Part shown: positions 12,868-26,900 of the stretch, one piece after another
Position numbering within the stretch: position 1 is the stretch's first letter
How the letters are laid out: every line of letters begins with the position of its first letter
Made by a program: the position numbers and the translations under genes
Notes under the pieces: generated by a model
What the model saw: only the letters and a program-made list of their open reading frames with translations
What the model was told of the DNA's origin: nothing
Databases searched by the model: none
DNA from: Azolla caroliniana
Taxonomy: Eukaryota; Plantae; Polypodiophyta
Assembly (NCBI GenBank): GCA_043228905.1
Contig: JBHGNT010000187.1
Location: forward strand, 1 to 56,852
Direction: 5' to 3'
Length of the DNA stretch: 56,852 nt

Positions 12868-15800
12868 AAGCCATGGTATTATCATTTTGCTGCTGGTTTT
12901 GCCCATAGCTCCTACAAGAATTGATGAGCCATGGCTACTATGACCATATATATATATATACATCATTCCAAATCCATGTCATGCCTGTTATACATCCATC
13001 AATGTATGTTATAGCCATCCATCCATCCATTCCTCCATGCATTTAGGCATCATCTATCCATCCATCCATGCATTGCATGCATGTGACCACAATTCAATTC
13101 ATCCATTCATCCATCAATCCATGCCTCAAATACATCATTCAAATCCCTTTACCCACATTAGCTCCAAAAGAGTGCATTGCAGAAAGATCCAAATCACAAT
13201 GATGGCCATGGTGATGGTGCAAATATGTATGCCTAATGTGATGTGTCTTCCTTAAACCTTTGGGGTTCCTAGATCATTGGAATTTAGGAAGAAAAGACAT
13301 TAAGGAGGGGTTTGGGGCAAAAACAATAACACCTTAGAATGATGTTAAGGGTGTGAGATTGTGAGCTAGTTTTGATTTATATATTATATACACATACAGA
13401 TATATAGATACCTATATAATATATATATAGATATAGTTAGCTAGTTTGCTTTAGGGGCTTTTTTCCCCAAAGGGCGTCTTACTTCAGCCCTCCCCTAAGT
13501 AGACCCAGTTTTGGTTTTTGAGTACTTGATTGGATAGTGAGCTCCAAGTTGAGTTGAGTTTGTGTAAAAACCTTTGAGATTTGGAGTTTAGGGAAACCCT
13601 AAAAATCCTAAACCCTAACCCCAAGAGTTTTTTTTTTTTGAGAGGTTAAGCAATATTTAATTTGCAACCTTTCTTAATGTATTTGAGTCAAAAAAGAAAG
13701 ATATTTCCTAGATTTACATAAATCTATAAATAGCGAAAAAAAGAAGGAAGAAGAATATGAAGTTTCTTACTTGTCCTACCATTGTGTAGTGTCTTTTTTT
13801 GTTTGTGTTATTAATGGTGTTTCTTTTTGTTGTCTCTACCTTGTTGTGATGTGTTTCAATTGGAGGGATGGGATTCGATAACGCGATTGGATCGAGTCGA
13901 GTCGGTATCTGTATGGATACCATTAGATTGTGGGTGTTAAATTGGGATAAGGATGTTTGGGTGTGTCCCATAGTGTTTTTTTTAAAGGCCTAGGATGAAG
14001 AAAATGTGTAATTGTACATGCTTGTCATGAGGAGATTTGATGATGTAAAAAGGTATGTGTAATATATTGACCCAAATCAAGCCTTTAAATGCCTCACTTG
14101 TCTATATCACATGGAAGGAAAGGGGGTTAGGAGGTTTTATTTTGTTGCAAAAAAGTAAAAGAGGCAAAAGGAAAAAGCAAAGAAACGAAGACCAACCAAA
14201 AAAAGCATGCTCCAAATCTAATGTAAAAAGCTAGAAAGTCGTTGGCATATTCTCCATTCTTTTTGCAAAAATGTAGTAATTGTTGTGTGTTGTGTTGGGT
14301 TGGAGAAAGAGGGAGAATGTTTTTGCCATCCCTGGGACCGATGTAATTTGCTACAATCTCGTCTCTTTTCAATGTCGTTTGTTATTGGTGATGGTGGTGG
14401 TGGTGGGAATTTTGGGTTTTTGACACTGGGTTTTAACTAATGGGAAGGATTTTAGAATGCTAGCTAGCTCACTAGGGTCATGAAGAGCGAGAACACTTTG
14501 AGAAAAGGTAAAAAGCCATACACAGTGGATGGGTCAAACATGGAAGATTGTGAACAATATTATTGCCTAAAGTTTTGCTAGGGGATGGGGTATGGGCATC
14601 TTGTATTGAAAATGCCACAAAAGAGATCATCTTTTGACCATATTGAAGCGCATCATGTGAAGCTTTACCTTTAACTGAGAGTAGTCATTTGTTAATGTGT
14701 ATGAAAGTAGTTGTGCATCGGAGGCCACAAGGTTCGAGCTTTCGCCCCTTCACTAATGAATGTGTTAGCATGCATGCATCACACTTTAGTCATTTCTCCA
14801 TTGTATCATTTGGGGAGTTTTGGTGTTTCTATGCCATTTGTGTGTAGTGCTTGAGACCTTGAATGATGTACGTGATTCTTTATTATATTTGAGGGTAATG
14901 GTGTATTTCATTCAAAGGGGCATGTTGTGCTTGAACCTTGTACCATGTCAATGATTCTTTATCATCTCCTCGTTTTAGCCTTGGTTTAGATTGGCCTTTT
15001 CGGGTGTGCATTTTACAATTTCAAATTTGAGGTTAGGATATTTTTGTTTGCAATGTTATAGATTCAGAATGGGAACATTTTAATTGTGAAGGGGGTAGGG
15101 CTTGAAGCTTGGACCATGTATATAGTTCTTTTATCCCGTCCCCATTTTGTAGTTAATTTAGAATTTGGAGTGGTCTTTTTACATGGAAGATGCTACAAAA
15201 ATCAAATTCAAGAGTTTGGATTCACAAAGTTCGAACATGCGCTGTGTTGTTGTTAATAGTACCGCGTAGGTTCTGACATGAATTTGGAAGGAAGGACCAC
15301 AACACTTTGAGGAAGTAAAATTTCACTTTGGTTTCATGTCAGATTTTTCTTTATTACTGTTGAGTGTCAAACCTCACCCTTTGTTGCTATGTTCTTTTGA
15401 GCTCTTTGTATTTTGATTTGGTAATATATGGGACATGCATGTACATATTTTGACAGTTTTTTCTTAGAAAATGATTTGTTTGGCTAGGGGAAGGACATTG
15501 CATGTAACTAGGGTCTCTCTTCTTGTTTGTTTGGCATGCTACATCTTGATTTCCCCTAGAAATATTTCGATAAACTGAAGTGTCGAAGGATGCTTCTAGT
15601 GGCAGCTTTTAACCGTGAAGAGTACGACGACTCTACATGTTGCTAAGAATGTCAATATGTTTCCATGGTTGCACATGAAAGAAGTTCCTTGTATGGGATC
15701 ATGTTTCACATTGATAAATGTGTAGTATAGTTTGAGGAGTGGATTTGCAATTTGAGCCTTAGGCAGTGAATGCCAAATGTTTGAGCTGATGATGTTTCTT

Positions 15801-18655
15801 CTTCCTCATTATACATTGAAGACGATGATTACCTACATCTAGGAATATAAATATGTTCCATAGAGGCATGTAAAAGAAAAAAAGTCTTACGCAAAACCAA
15901 TTGCATTGGTAAATGTGTGGTGTGGTTTGAAATGAATGTGTGGATTGGCAATATTTGAAAACTAGACTATGAATTTGTAATGTTTCACTTATTGATGCAA
16001 TGAAGGTTATCGTCATCAGTTACCACTTTGCTTGGGAGACGATATTTTCATTATTAGTTATATTAGCAAGGGAGCTTGAATTGCTCAAAAGTTTCCTCGA
16101 AATGGCATAGGCACGACAGAGGAAAAACTTAGCGATGCGAGGAATTTCTTACTCTCACCGAGAAGCAACCTTCTAGTTGGAGCACAACACGAGGGTTTTA
16201 ATAATAGTTTTGAGTAGAAAGAGACCCAGATGACTAGAGGAAAAAAAAAGGTGACAAAAATGGGAAAACGAAAAGGGTAAAAGACATGAAAGGTGTCATC
16301 AGAGTGAACTGCCAGCGCGGACGAGGAAGCAAAGATCAAAGGGGTGGGATAAGATAAACACATGTTGGAGGGTGTGAAATTATTGAGCAAGCGAAGTGGG
16401 TTATATGATACTATCTGGGGGTTGTGCGAGGATGCTTGTTGCTTTCTTTTTAAAAGGGAAGATATGGGGATGTGCATGTGTGGCTCAAAAACAAATACTT
16501 CTATATAATAAAAGGTGGTCTTTCCCTAACTTTAGAGTATCTCTAAGGTTAATGGACTGGTCATGGGGAGGGAGGGGGACTTTTGTCCTATCATGGAGAG
16601 AACTAAAGTCTCCCTTTTTTTAGAGAATATTGTATGTTGCCAAGACACTCCTCTCCCAAAAAAGTCCATTAAAAGAATTGAACAACAAAAGGAACTTATT
16701 TCTCTTCTCAATATCCTTTGTCATAATGAACTATTCTTAGATTGTTTTATCTTCTCCTTGTAGAATGTTTAATTAACTTTTTGATGAGTATGTTTTTTTC
16801 CACCCCAAATAGAGGAGGAATTCCTCCTCCAAAATATCAGTTCTTTCATTGAAATACAAACACACACGCACACATTATGTGTGTATATATATATATATAT
16901 ATAGATCATGGCTCTACATATAGATTTAGATATTCATCCTCTTCTTCTTCTTCGCCCTTTTAAGTAATGTCTTTACACAAAACACACACACACATATTAT
17001 ATAACACCCTTTTTTTTGTTGCACAACTCTAACAAACTACCACCCTCTCAAATATCCTTTGTTCCTAAGATTCGTGCTCTTGTTGTCACCCTTCTTTTAA
17101 TAAATCCACTCATTTCCTTTTTTTACCTTATTTGTACATCATCCCAAGGTTATGACATTTTAGATCATGTTAGAGTTCCCTTTGTAAGCTCACGAGTTGC
17201 ATAATTTACTTCCTTATGCCCGATTCTAGTTACAAATTCACGCATCATATCATGTCCATGGCTGAATAGAACATGAATGGTTGAATTTTTAGCTGTAGAC
17301 TCGTGCAACATCTATAGAATATGAAATTCTATAATAATTTTAGTGCAATCACCTCTATAGAATATTACATCTCATGCCACGTTTTTGCTTGTCTCTATAG
17401 GATTTTGACTCCCTTTAATTGGGGGTCTTGGAAGGCTCTATAAGATATGCACAATTAAGTATACCTCCCCATGACTAGTTTTAGTTCAAGTCGGTTGTTA
17501 GACAATTAAATATACTATCACATGGTACATCTTAGCAAAGTGTTCCAAGAATCTATTTAAGATACATGACCATGCGAAGGTTTACTAGCTAGAGTCTTGC
17601 AACACTATATAAAATATACGTCCCCATGCTAACACTTAACTATGTATTCTTACATAAACATGAACTCAATTTTTTTTCTTTTGTCACTTCCAAGCTCTAG
17701 TTAGATGCTCGACCACCCTATTATTCATCTTTGCTATTATTTGTATTCATGGTTACCCCTAAGAATTTTCTCTATAAATCTTATCCGACAAAATATTGTA
17801 TGCTTCCTTTGTGCTAGTTCTACTAACAACGTTATTTCACATAAAGCTAATTTGTATAGAAAAGTTTTGCAAGTCATCCAATATTGCAATAGGTGATAAT
17901 GCTTCATTACCTTGGCAAACAATATAGTAGCAAATATGGCAAATTCAAAAAACAAATAAACAAGAGTCTATATTAAAAATATAATTTAATTTCCCAACTT
18001 TTAACAAGTAAGGGAATGTTAGCACCGTACGAGTTAATCTTCTTTCTATACATGAATTCCAACTTAGAACTCCAATATCTTTGCCATCGACAACTTTCAA
18101 CTTGGTTGCACCATTGACATCATAGTTATTTTTTTAGCTCATATACAATTATCTAGAGGATTATGATTTTTGCTTATAAGAATGGAATCCATATATATGT
18201 TATCTCATAAAAACATATGCTATGGTATAAGGGAAAAATATGAGCTACAATGCATTAGCGAAAATAATGAATTGAGTGAGAAATTTCAATGATCATTTTG
18301 TTGGGATTAGGCACTCAGGTGAGGATAAGGAAAAATGCATGCTCAAAAGGAAAAAACTATGGCCCATGCTAAAAGAGATAGCATTTTCTATTTGAAAATG
18401 GGGCTCTTGAAAACTATATAATAATTAAGAGAGCTCATTGTCGCGTTCAGAGGTTTTGAGAATAGAGTACTTGGGTTTTGTCGACAAACGGATCATAGGG
18501 TAGTGAATCACGAGGGAGCATGGGAGGTCTATGACAACCAAAGGGATGCAAAATCAATCCTAGAATCACCACGTCAAAACTTAAGGACATTCTCACCCTA
18601 TGTAAAACTTAAGGTTGAGAGAAAAGACTAGGTCAACAACATCTACTTTTAGAAA

Positions 18656-20970
18656 ATGGCGACACAATTTGGCACGAATGTGGAAATCCGGAAATTCAAG
18701 GGGAAGACCTTCGCCCTCTGGAAAGAGATGATGCAGGTGAAGCTATTCGGCATAATACCAATCTGGCTTCAATGTTTGTTGAAGAATGGCGATCTATGGA
18801 CGAGATAACTAGATCGACCATTCGGATGCATCTGGCCAAGAACATCTATTTCAACATGGCAAAGGAGACGACAACATTCTCTTTGTGAGAGAAACTCTAG
18901 GTTGTGTACGAGAAAAAGTCCTCATTGAAGCTAATATTGATTTGACAGTTATTCAACATGAAGATGAGAGAGACGGATCCAATGACCTTCCACATCAACA
19001 CCTTCCGTCAGGTGTTGTCTGAACTCTCCTCTCAAGGGATTAACTTCAAAGAAAAAGTTAAAGCCCTTGCCCTCCTTTCGAGCTTGCTGATGAGTTGGGA
19101 GGTATTCTCAATTTGGACGAGACAATCGAACAAGTCCTCATTGAGGACATTCAGCGAAAATCGATGGGACTCACCATCGATGAATCGACAGAAGCCCACT
19201 ACTCGACTTAGTCGATCAAACGAACTAGCCGATCGAGAGAACAAGCCGGAAGAACCGGTTAAAACGCCAGCTGACTGAGAAGGAGGGAAGATAAACAACG
19301 GTCGAAGTCGAGGAATAGTCGACCAAGTGATTTCTACACTCATTGGAGAAAGACTGGTCACAAAGTTTCGGACTACTGGTCGATAAAGAGAAAGGAGAAT
19401 GGTCGGCAATTCGATCAGGCACAAGGATAATCTGACTCGAACTGTTCTCTAGTCGGCAACCAAATCAATGTTGTCGACTCCCGATCAGGAGAAATCCTCT
19501 CTCTGGAGGACTCGATGATCTGAGAAGTCCTTTATAGTGTGCAGGACACATGAACGTGGTTGGTGGATTCCGGTGTTGTTACGGGCATCACCATATAATA
19601 TCCCATGGTGAGAATTTATCGTAGTATTCTATACATGTGGATAAAATGTGAGGGTTAAACGAGAATGTAAAGAAGGGGACGATTACTTTTAATCCTCGGA
19701 ATTGAGACAACCCATTAGGCCAAGTGTGAACTTGCCTAGGGGCCTTAGGTCTGGCTATAAATATGAGGCCTAGCTACCCTCATTTGACACATTATCGATT
19801 ACGTCGAGGCTCTGACATTGTGGTGGGTCAACTCTTGTAGCGAGCGTGCCAACACCAAGTACGACTCGATGCCACGACAGTGGTATGGGACGCCAATCGA
19901 GGCTCGAGTCCATCTCGATCCCTTTGCTTGGGGTGGTCGGGTGGATCGGCACCCATCGTTCTCTCTCTCCTTTCTTATTTATCTATCTTTTATCCTTATC
20001 ATATGCTTTCCTTAATAGCTAAGCTCTAATAGGTGCCACATTTCACATGACCCCAAATATCGAATGGTTTTCAGCCTATTCAGCTGGAGCCAACGACACT
20101 ATCCGACTTGGAAATGGGCCAGAATGCAAAATTGTTGGAATCGGCGAAGTACCAATTTGATTGCCAAATGACAATAAGATTGTCCTACACCTTGTTTGAC
20201 ATGTAACCGAGCTTAAAAGGAGTATGGTCTTTATCAGCATGCTAGCCGAAGAAGGGTATTGAACGACTCTCAATGTGTCAACATGGAAGATCAACCAGGG
20301 GAAACGGAAAATTGGATGGAAATACAAGCACAATAAATTGTACCCGTTGATGGTGATCAATCCAGAAGGGGCCATGAACATTGCTGAATCATCGGATTCG
20401 AACTTATGGCATGGCCGACTTGGCCATATGTCCCAAGTCGGACTAGACCTGCTACATCCCCAAACTCTAGACAAAGACAAACTTTTGTGAGCATTGTCTT
20501 TACAGGAAATAGAGACGAAGTCCGCACTCTCTCCACTACGATATGGTACGACATCCCCTAGAGCTTGTGCACACTGACATTTGCGGGCCGATGCTCGAGC
20601 GGTCTCTAGGTGGTGCCCGATACTTCATCACATTCATTGATGATTGTACTTGGAAGGTTTGGGTCTATTCTATTAGGTTGAAAGATGAAGTGCTCGAGGT
20701 CTTCACTTGATGATTAGCCGAAGTGGAGAACCGATCAGGACACGGAGTGAAGACACTCTGATTTGACAACAGAGGTGAATATACCTCCCGAACCTTCAAA
20801 AAATACTTGTTCGAAAAGGGATACACCAAAAGACCATTCCCTACACTCCCATGTAGAATGGCATGGCGGAAAGGATAAACCAAACGATAAAAAAGTCTCC
20901 TTCAACATCGACGGAGATGCCGTAGAAGGACCGACCCACTGGGCTGAATCGGAGATTTGACAAACAATCG
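18656..20970 (+). mobile_element. Degraded Ty1/copia internal region (gag, protease, integrase; RT/RNase H absent)
   Basis: Gag N-term EIRKFKGKTFALWK; UBN2-like MKMRETDPMTFHINTFRQVLSELSSQG; protease DSGATFHMTP (split by a solo LTR); LWHGRLGHMS; integrase LVHTDICGP...YFITFIDD...NGMAER. Confidence 0.88.
19577..20031 (+). mobile_element. Solo LTR (455 bp) inserted in the copia protease motif
   Basis: Termini TGTTA...TAATA (CA>TA), 5-bp TSD GGTGT/GGTGC, internal TATAAATA; removing it restores gat tcc ggt gcc aca ttt cac atg (DSGATFHM). Confidence 0.85.
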
Positions 20971-22620
20971 TGTTGAGAATCAAGCTTAACCTAGTGCAGC
21001 GTGTGAACACACCCTTTGAGAATATATGATCACTCAAAGGTCAAGAGTCACACCACTATTCTCTACAGTTTAACTATGTGTCATAGAATCATATTCTATG
21101 ACATATAACTAATGAGTTCGGACATATTCCCCATGACTATGAGTCTTCACATTCCCCAAGAGAGAGTAGTTTTTGTAATGAGTTAATGAAGAGCGAGGGT
21201 GACCTTATATAAATCACCCTCCTCCTACTTCATATAGAGTCGGTTGTGACTCCTTGTAATGCTACATTCTGTATTTCTTATTTTACTTGTCAATATGCAC
21301 CTTCTTCTTGAGTACTTCATTTTTCTTTCATCTATCTATCTTGTGTTTTCTCTTCTCTCATCTTTTTCCTCTCACACATACACATAACACACATCTTTTC
21401 CATTGCGCAAGAATCATATCCGATTCTTTACATGGTATCAGAGCGGTTTGGTAGCTCGATTTAGCCCATCCGCATGTGTTGTGTTCTACGCCGACGTTTG
21501 AGATGAACCCCCACTGCCATTGTAGTGCCACGACATAGCTCGTGTTTGAGAGAGAAGGAAAAGAAGAAAGAAAGCTTCATCGACATAATGAATACTCAAA
21601 TGGGGAGCGCTCTCCCTAGCGAGAAGTTGGATCGAAACAACTTTGCATCTTGGGAGTACAAGATGCACCAATACCTTGTTGGTCAAGGATATTGGAGCTA
21701 CATCAAAGGAGCACAAGAAAATCGACCCGACCCGAAAGACGCCGACTACTCAATATGGGAGCAAGTAGCAAGCCGAGTGATGTATTGCTTGGCGACATGT
21801 GTTCATGATCACATGCTTGGCTACATTCGAGAAGCCGTGACGCCGAAGGAAGCATGAAAGAATCTACGGAAGATTTTCTTGGCCAACACAACCGCAAGAA
21901 AGCTTCAACTGTGCCAAGAGTTGAATAATATCCAACAAAGGGATATGTCCATCACAAGCTAAACCTTGAAGATCAAGGAGCTCTGTGACTCACTCGGCTC
22001 AATAAGCGTCAATGTGGACGATGATGAGATGGTGCAAATATGCCTCGACAGCCTTGCATCACGATTCAGCGTGATGAGAACCGTTGTACTAGCACGATCC
22101 TCCCTCTTTCTTTGATCTTCAATCTATGTTTTTGGTTGAAGAAAACCATGTTCGAACAAGGCCACATGCTCTACATGCATTCGAATGGAGGAAGAGGACG
22201 GAACCGCGCAAGAGGCCGATTCGACCAAGGATGAGGCGGACAAGGCCTGACTTACGAAAACAACTCACAATTTCGGCAACAAGATGGAAGCCATCGAGGA
22301 ACCTTTAGAAGGAGAGGAGCTTCCATTCCGGCCTGAGCCGACAAACCTCGATCGAATGTGGATATTGCGGCAAAATCAACCACCATGAAGAAGAGTGCTG
22401 AAAGAAGATGCGTGAGTTGGCTTCCACTACCGACAACTAACCAACTACGCCACAAATTCCGACTATGGCGACCATGGCAGAATGTTCATGATGAGACATA
22501 GAGAAAATTCTATGTCGGCTTCTACTTCATCGAAAAAGAGGGTTGACTCATCGCTTGTGGACGAAGAGAGGGCCAAATGTTCATTCTCGATTTGCACGAG
22601 ATGAAATCGCACTGTACAAA
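20971..22620 (+). mobile_element. 3'-truncated Ty1/copia: 5' LTR 20971-21432, PBS(Met-i) 21433-21444, gag
   Basis: LTR TGTTGAG...TTTACA followed by TGGTATCAGAGC; gag EKLDRNNFASWEYKMHQYLVGQGYWSYI with premature stops; right boundary approximate. Confidence 0.88.
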
Positions 22621-23269
22621 ATCTTAATGAGTGTTTTATGATCGCCACTCAACCCATGACTGCTTAACACCGAGACGAAAAGATGGATTTAGTTGAAGGG
22701 AATGAGAACCGACATTTTGGCATTAACAATCACGCTCTCATCTTTCAAATTCATCGTTACGAAGTCAATGACCTAGCCCTTCCTCGAGAATATCTGTGCG
22801 GCTTGGAAGACTCGCCGATGAAGTAGTTCATTGCTACAAATTAGATTGTTTGGACCTCGAGATCCTCTTGCTAAACAAACAATGCTCTAGAAACAAGCAA
22901 ATCGCCTACCAAAACAGGAAGGAGAGGGTTGATAATGCGGAATAAGGATGGTCCTTGGCAATAGAATTGCTCATTATTGGACTAGAAATCTTTGAGATCA
23001 CTAGCTAAGGCCTCTAAATGGTTGCCCAGTGGTAAAGGAGGTGAGTGTGCAAAGACAACCGCGAAGTTTGCCTAGAAGTGGCCACCCTTGAAAGAGTGCA
23101 TAATATCACTTGCGATATTTCTACATTGGAACATGCACAATGGTGTGCATTAGAAGGTGTCACATATTGACACTTTCGTGATGTGGGGGCTAGTTATGGG
23201 CCTTATTTGGTTTTGGTTTGGTTTGGTTACATTGCTTTGAATCTAAACCAAACCGAAGTGTAACTATTG

Positions 23270-23905
23270 AACCAAATGAGAGAAGTTTGCCCTTGTGATT
23301 CTTTTGTAGTTTACATCCAACATTCCAAGCAAGATGTGGTAATGTATGATTTGGCATATTCTTGACTTTTGTAATGTATCTATATACTCTCTGTAGTGCC
23401 AATATCTCTATAGGTGGAACACTTGTTTCCAAAAGCATAACTTGATAGGAGGTGATGGATTGAACTCCCAATTGTCTCCTTAAAAACATCTTTTGAATCT
23501 TCTCAATCTTATTCCATACATTAGAAGGTGTCACATAGTGACACTTTCGTGATGTGGGGGTTGGTTACATGCTCGATTTGGTTTTGGTTTGGCTTCATAG
23601 CCTTGAAACCAAGCTGTTAACTACCAAACCGAATGAGAGAAGATTGCCCTTGTGATTCTTTTGTAGTTTACATCGAACATTCCAAGCAAGATGTTGTAAT
23701 GTATGATTTGGAATATTCTTGACTTTTGTAATGTATCTATATACTCTCTGTAGCGCCAATATCTCGATAGGTGGAACACTTGTTTCCAAAAGCATAACTT
23801 GATAGGAGGTGGTGGATCTAACTCCCAATTGCCTCCTTAAAAACATATTTTCAATCTTATTCCATACATTAAGAGAAATAGTGTCTCCCCATACTTCTAC
23901 CCCAT
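23270..23905 (-). mobile_element. RTE-X-like LINE fragment (post-RT region), partly duplicated
   Basis: YGVEVWGDT...FLRRQLGV..TSYQVMLLET...LPHLAW, homologous to the ORF at 45239-46261; continues at 28812 across the copia insertion. Confidence 0.75.
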
Positions 23906-26900
23906 TGTAAAGAAATGGAGAGTGTAGGTGATGTTGTACAACAGAAGGAAACTATGTATGTGTGTTTATGTGCGAGACAAGAGAGAGAGAGAGAAGAACA
24001 GAGAACAAGAACCTATATTAGCAATATGAAAAATACATCCAACGGTTATTTGGTTACAAAAGAGTTGGTTTAAATACCAACTAACTTAAGGAAACTTCCC
24101 ATTCTACTATTTACAAAATTAGCATGAACCTAGAGTGTCCATTGCTAGTGTGGAATCCATTTTAATAGGGAAGTTGGGTTTGACTCTCAACTTGCCCCTT
24201 CAAACAAAACTTCCGGTCGGTGGAAAGTCAACTTGTTGTTTGGCTCATTTCGACTTTTGAGATTCCTCAGCTCTATGTCTGGATGGTCAGTCGGATCGGC
24301 TTCGACTGGTCGACTGATATATGTCCTCCTTCATCGGACTATATCGTGCTCCTTGTTCAACTAGCCTGTATGTTCGTTAATTCATTCAATTGTTCCTTGG
24401 AGTGAGTTCGATCAACTGATTGGCTGTTATTCGGTTGCTGCATTATGCTCATTGGTTGTTGTACTCTTGACGTCCCACTGACATACTTGAGTACTCTCTT
24501 AGCACAATCCAGATGAATATCTTGAGGTTTTTGCATGAATTGGCTAAGTAGACCGACTGAATAGCTGAGGTCGAGTCGTGTGATGGTAAGATAGATTAGG
24601 CTACCGATTAGCTGGTGATACTGAGTCAGCTTGCACTCTTCTGTTCCAAAGTCGACATTGAGCTTGAGGTTTTGATCGAGAGGGGTTGACACAGGTTTGC
24701 ACTCTGTCATCTTCAACTTGTATAGCAAGTTGAGGAGGTAGTGCCTTTGGGAGATCATTATCCTGACTAGTGTCCGAATTACTTCTATACCAAGGAAGTA
24801 ATGGAGCGCCTTCATGTCTTTCATTTCGAATTTGCTAGACAAAAGTGATTTGACCTTATTGATGTCGACTAGATTCCCTTCTCCAATGACCAGATCATCC
24901 ATGTACAGGATGATGACAATCGAGCTATTAGGCTCGCTTCATACGTAGAGGGAGTTATCCTAGTTTGACATTCGAAAGCCGATTTGGTTCAAAAGATAGT
25001 GAGTAAGCTTTGAATGCCAAGCACATAGTGCTTGCTTGAGACCATACAATGTCTTCTTGAGTCCGCAGGCTGTGGTTGGATATTTGATCAATTCGAAACT
25101 AGGTGGTTGAATCATGAACACTTCCTCTTCTAACCGCCTTGAAGAAAGGTGTTCTTCACGTCCATTTGATGCAGATGCCACTCTCTAGCAATTGCGAGTG
25201 CAATGACTGTCCGAACAGTCATAATCTTTTCCACCAAGGTAAAGGTCTCCTTGTAGTCAACTGCATACATTTGAGTGTATCCTTTTGCTACGAGTCATGC
25301 TTTGTAGCAGTTGACCGAGCCGTCAACATTATATTTGACCTAGTATATCCATCTGCAACGTGGTGAGTGGGGAACGAAATCCCATGTCTCGTTCTTGCAT
25401 AGTGCATGCATCTCCTCATTCATGGCTTCAACCCATTGTGAATCCTTGGCTGCCTCAGAAAAAATTCTGGTTCTCCGAGTGTCGCCACCTTCATCGTAAA
25501 GGCATAATGATATGCCATGTAGTCTTTGTAGCCGAATCGGTTGACCGAGTTCTTCTCTTGGGTGGAGCAACAGAGTTTATCGTTTGCGGTAGCTATGGCT
25601 TTCTTTATTCCATTCATCTGCATAATCTGAGCATCAAGGCCTTCGAACTCACTATCGAGTGAGTGAATCGATTCGATGTTGTCTGGATCTTCATATTTCG
25701 GCATTTTGGCCTTCCCCTTATCAATCTTCGGACTTGGCCGAGATGTGCTTCAATTACTTAGAGGCTCTTGAGGTGCACTCAACTAGTTGAGATTGAACTT
25801 TCTTCTAATGTATGCCTCAGTCGCTCATCCTCTTCTGTCTCGTGGTCTATCGAAATCAATTAGGGTGGAGTCGTCTTTGGTTTGTACCATGATGCCGATT
25901 CATCGAAAATGACGTCCCGACTCACTCGAGCCTTTTGGGTAGATGGATTATAGCACTTGCATCTTTTCGGGGTACTATGATACATTTTTCCGACTTAGGA
26001 TCGGGCTTCTATCTCTTCTCGTCGGGAATATGTACATAAGCGTTTGAGCCGAATGGGTGTGACGTCGTGCATTCCCAATGTTATGCACTAATTCATGAGG
26101 TAGAAACTTGTGTTTGATGCTTCTGCCCAATACGATTTAGGCCAGTTCTTTTCGTTCATCACCACCTTGGCTACCTCTAATATGTGCCGATTCTTATGTT
26201 CAACTACTCCATTTTGTTGAGGCGTGTGTCGGCAGGTAAATTCTCATTGAATTCCTTTCGAAGATAGGCTGTAAATTCATCCGAAAAGTACTCCTTTCCT
26301 TCGTCCTATCGAAGGCACCTAACATGCCATCTTGTTTCTTTTTCATGGGGAAGATTCAAGTGTGCGTGGAGAAGTCATTGATAAAGGTGACATAGTATCG
26401 ACATCCTTCGAATGTTTCCGTCTGAGTTGGTCCCCATACATCTGAATGTATTACATCTAGGATCCCTTTACTTACGTTCCTCTCTTTCAAGAATGGTTGT
26501 CGATGTTGCTTGCCGAATTGGCAAGCTTCGCACACTCCAACAATCTCCTTCTCTATAAAAGTCGAGAGTTTGATGATGACTCCCTTTGACTACATGCCCT
26601 TGAGCTTCTAGAGATTGATGTGGACGATTCTTTTGTCTCACACTTCCAAGTTGATGTCGACGTTGAGGCCTTTCACGAACATGGTCAACTTCACCTAGTT
26701 CAAATCGAGGATGAACATTCAACCTTCTCTTCGACCTTGAGCAACAAGTCAATTGTCTTTTTCAATAACACACCCTTCGTGATTGAACTGTACTTGCATG
26801 CCTTGTTCTACCATTTGGTTGATCGAGACCAGATTTTTCGTGATGGTCGGGACATGCAAGACGTTCTTGATGTAGGTTTGTTTGTCATGTTCCCGAATGG

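Noticed and set aside
14690-14750. B-box-like GGTTCGAGCT suggesting a SINE or tRNA
   Set aside because: No convincing A box, stems, tail or TSD.
18299-18641. Candidate LTR (TGTTGG...CAACA) before the first copia gag
   Set aside because: No PBS, TSD or partner LTR found.
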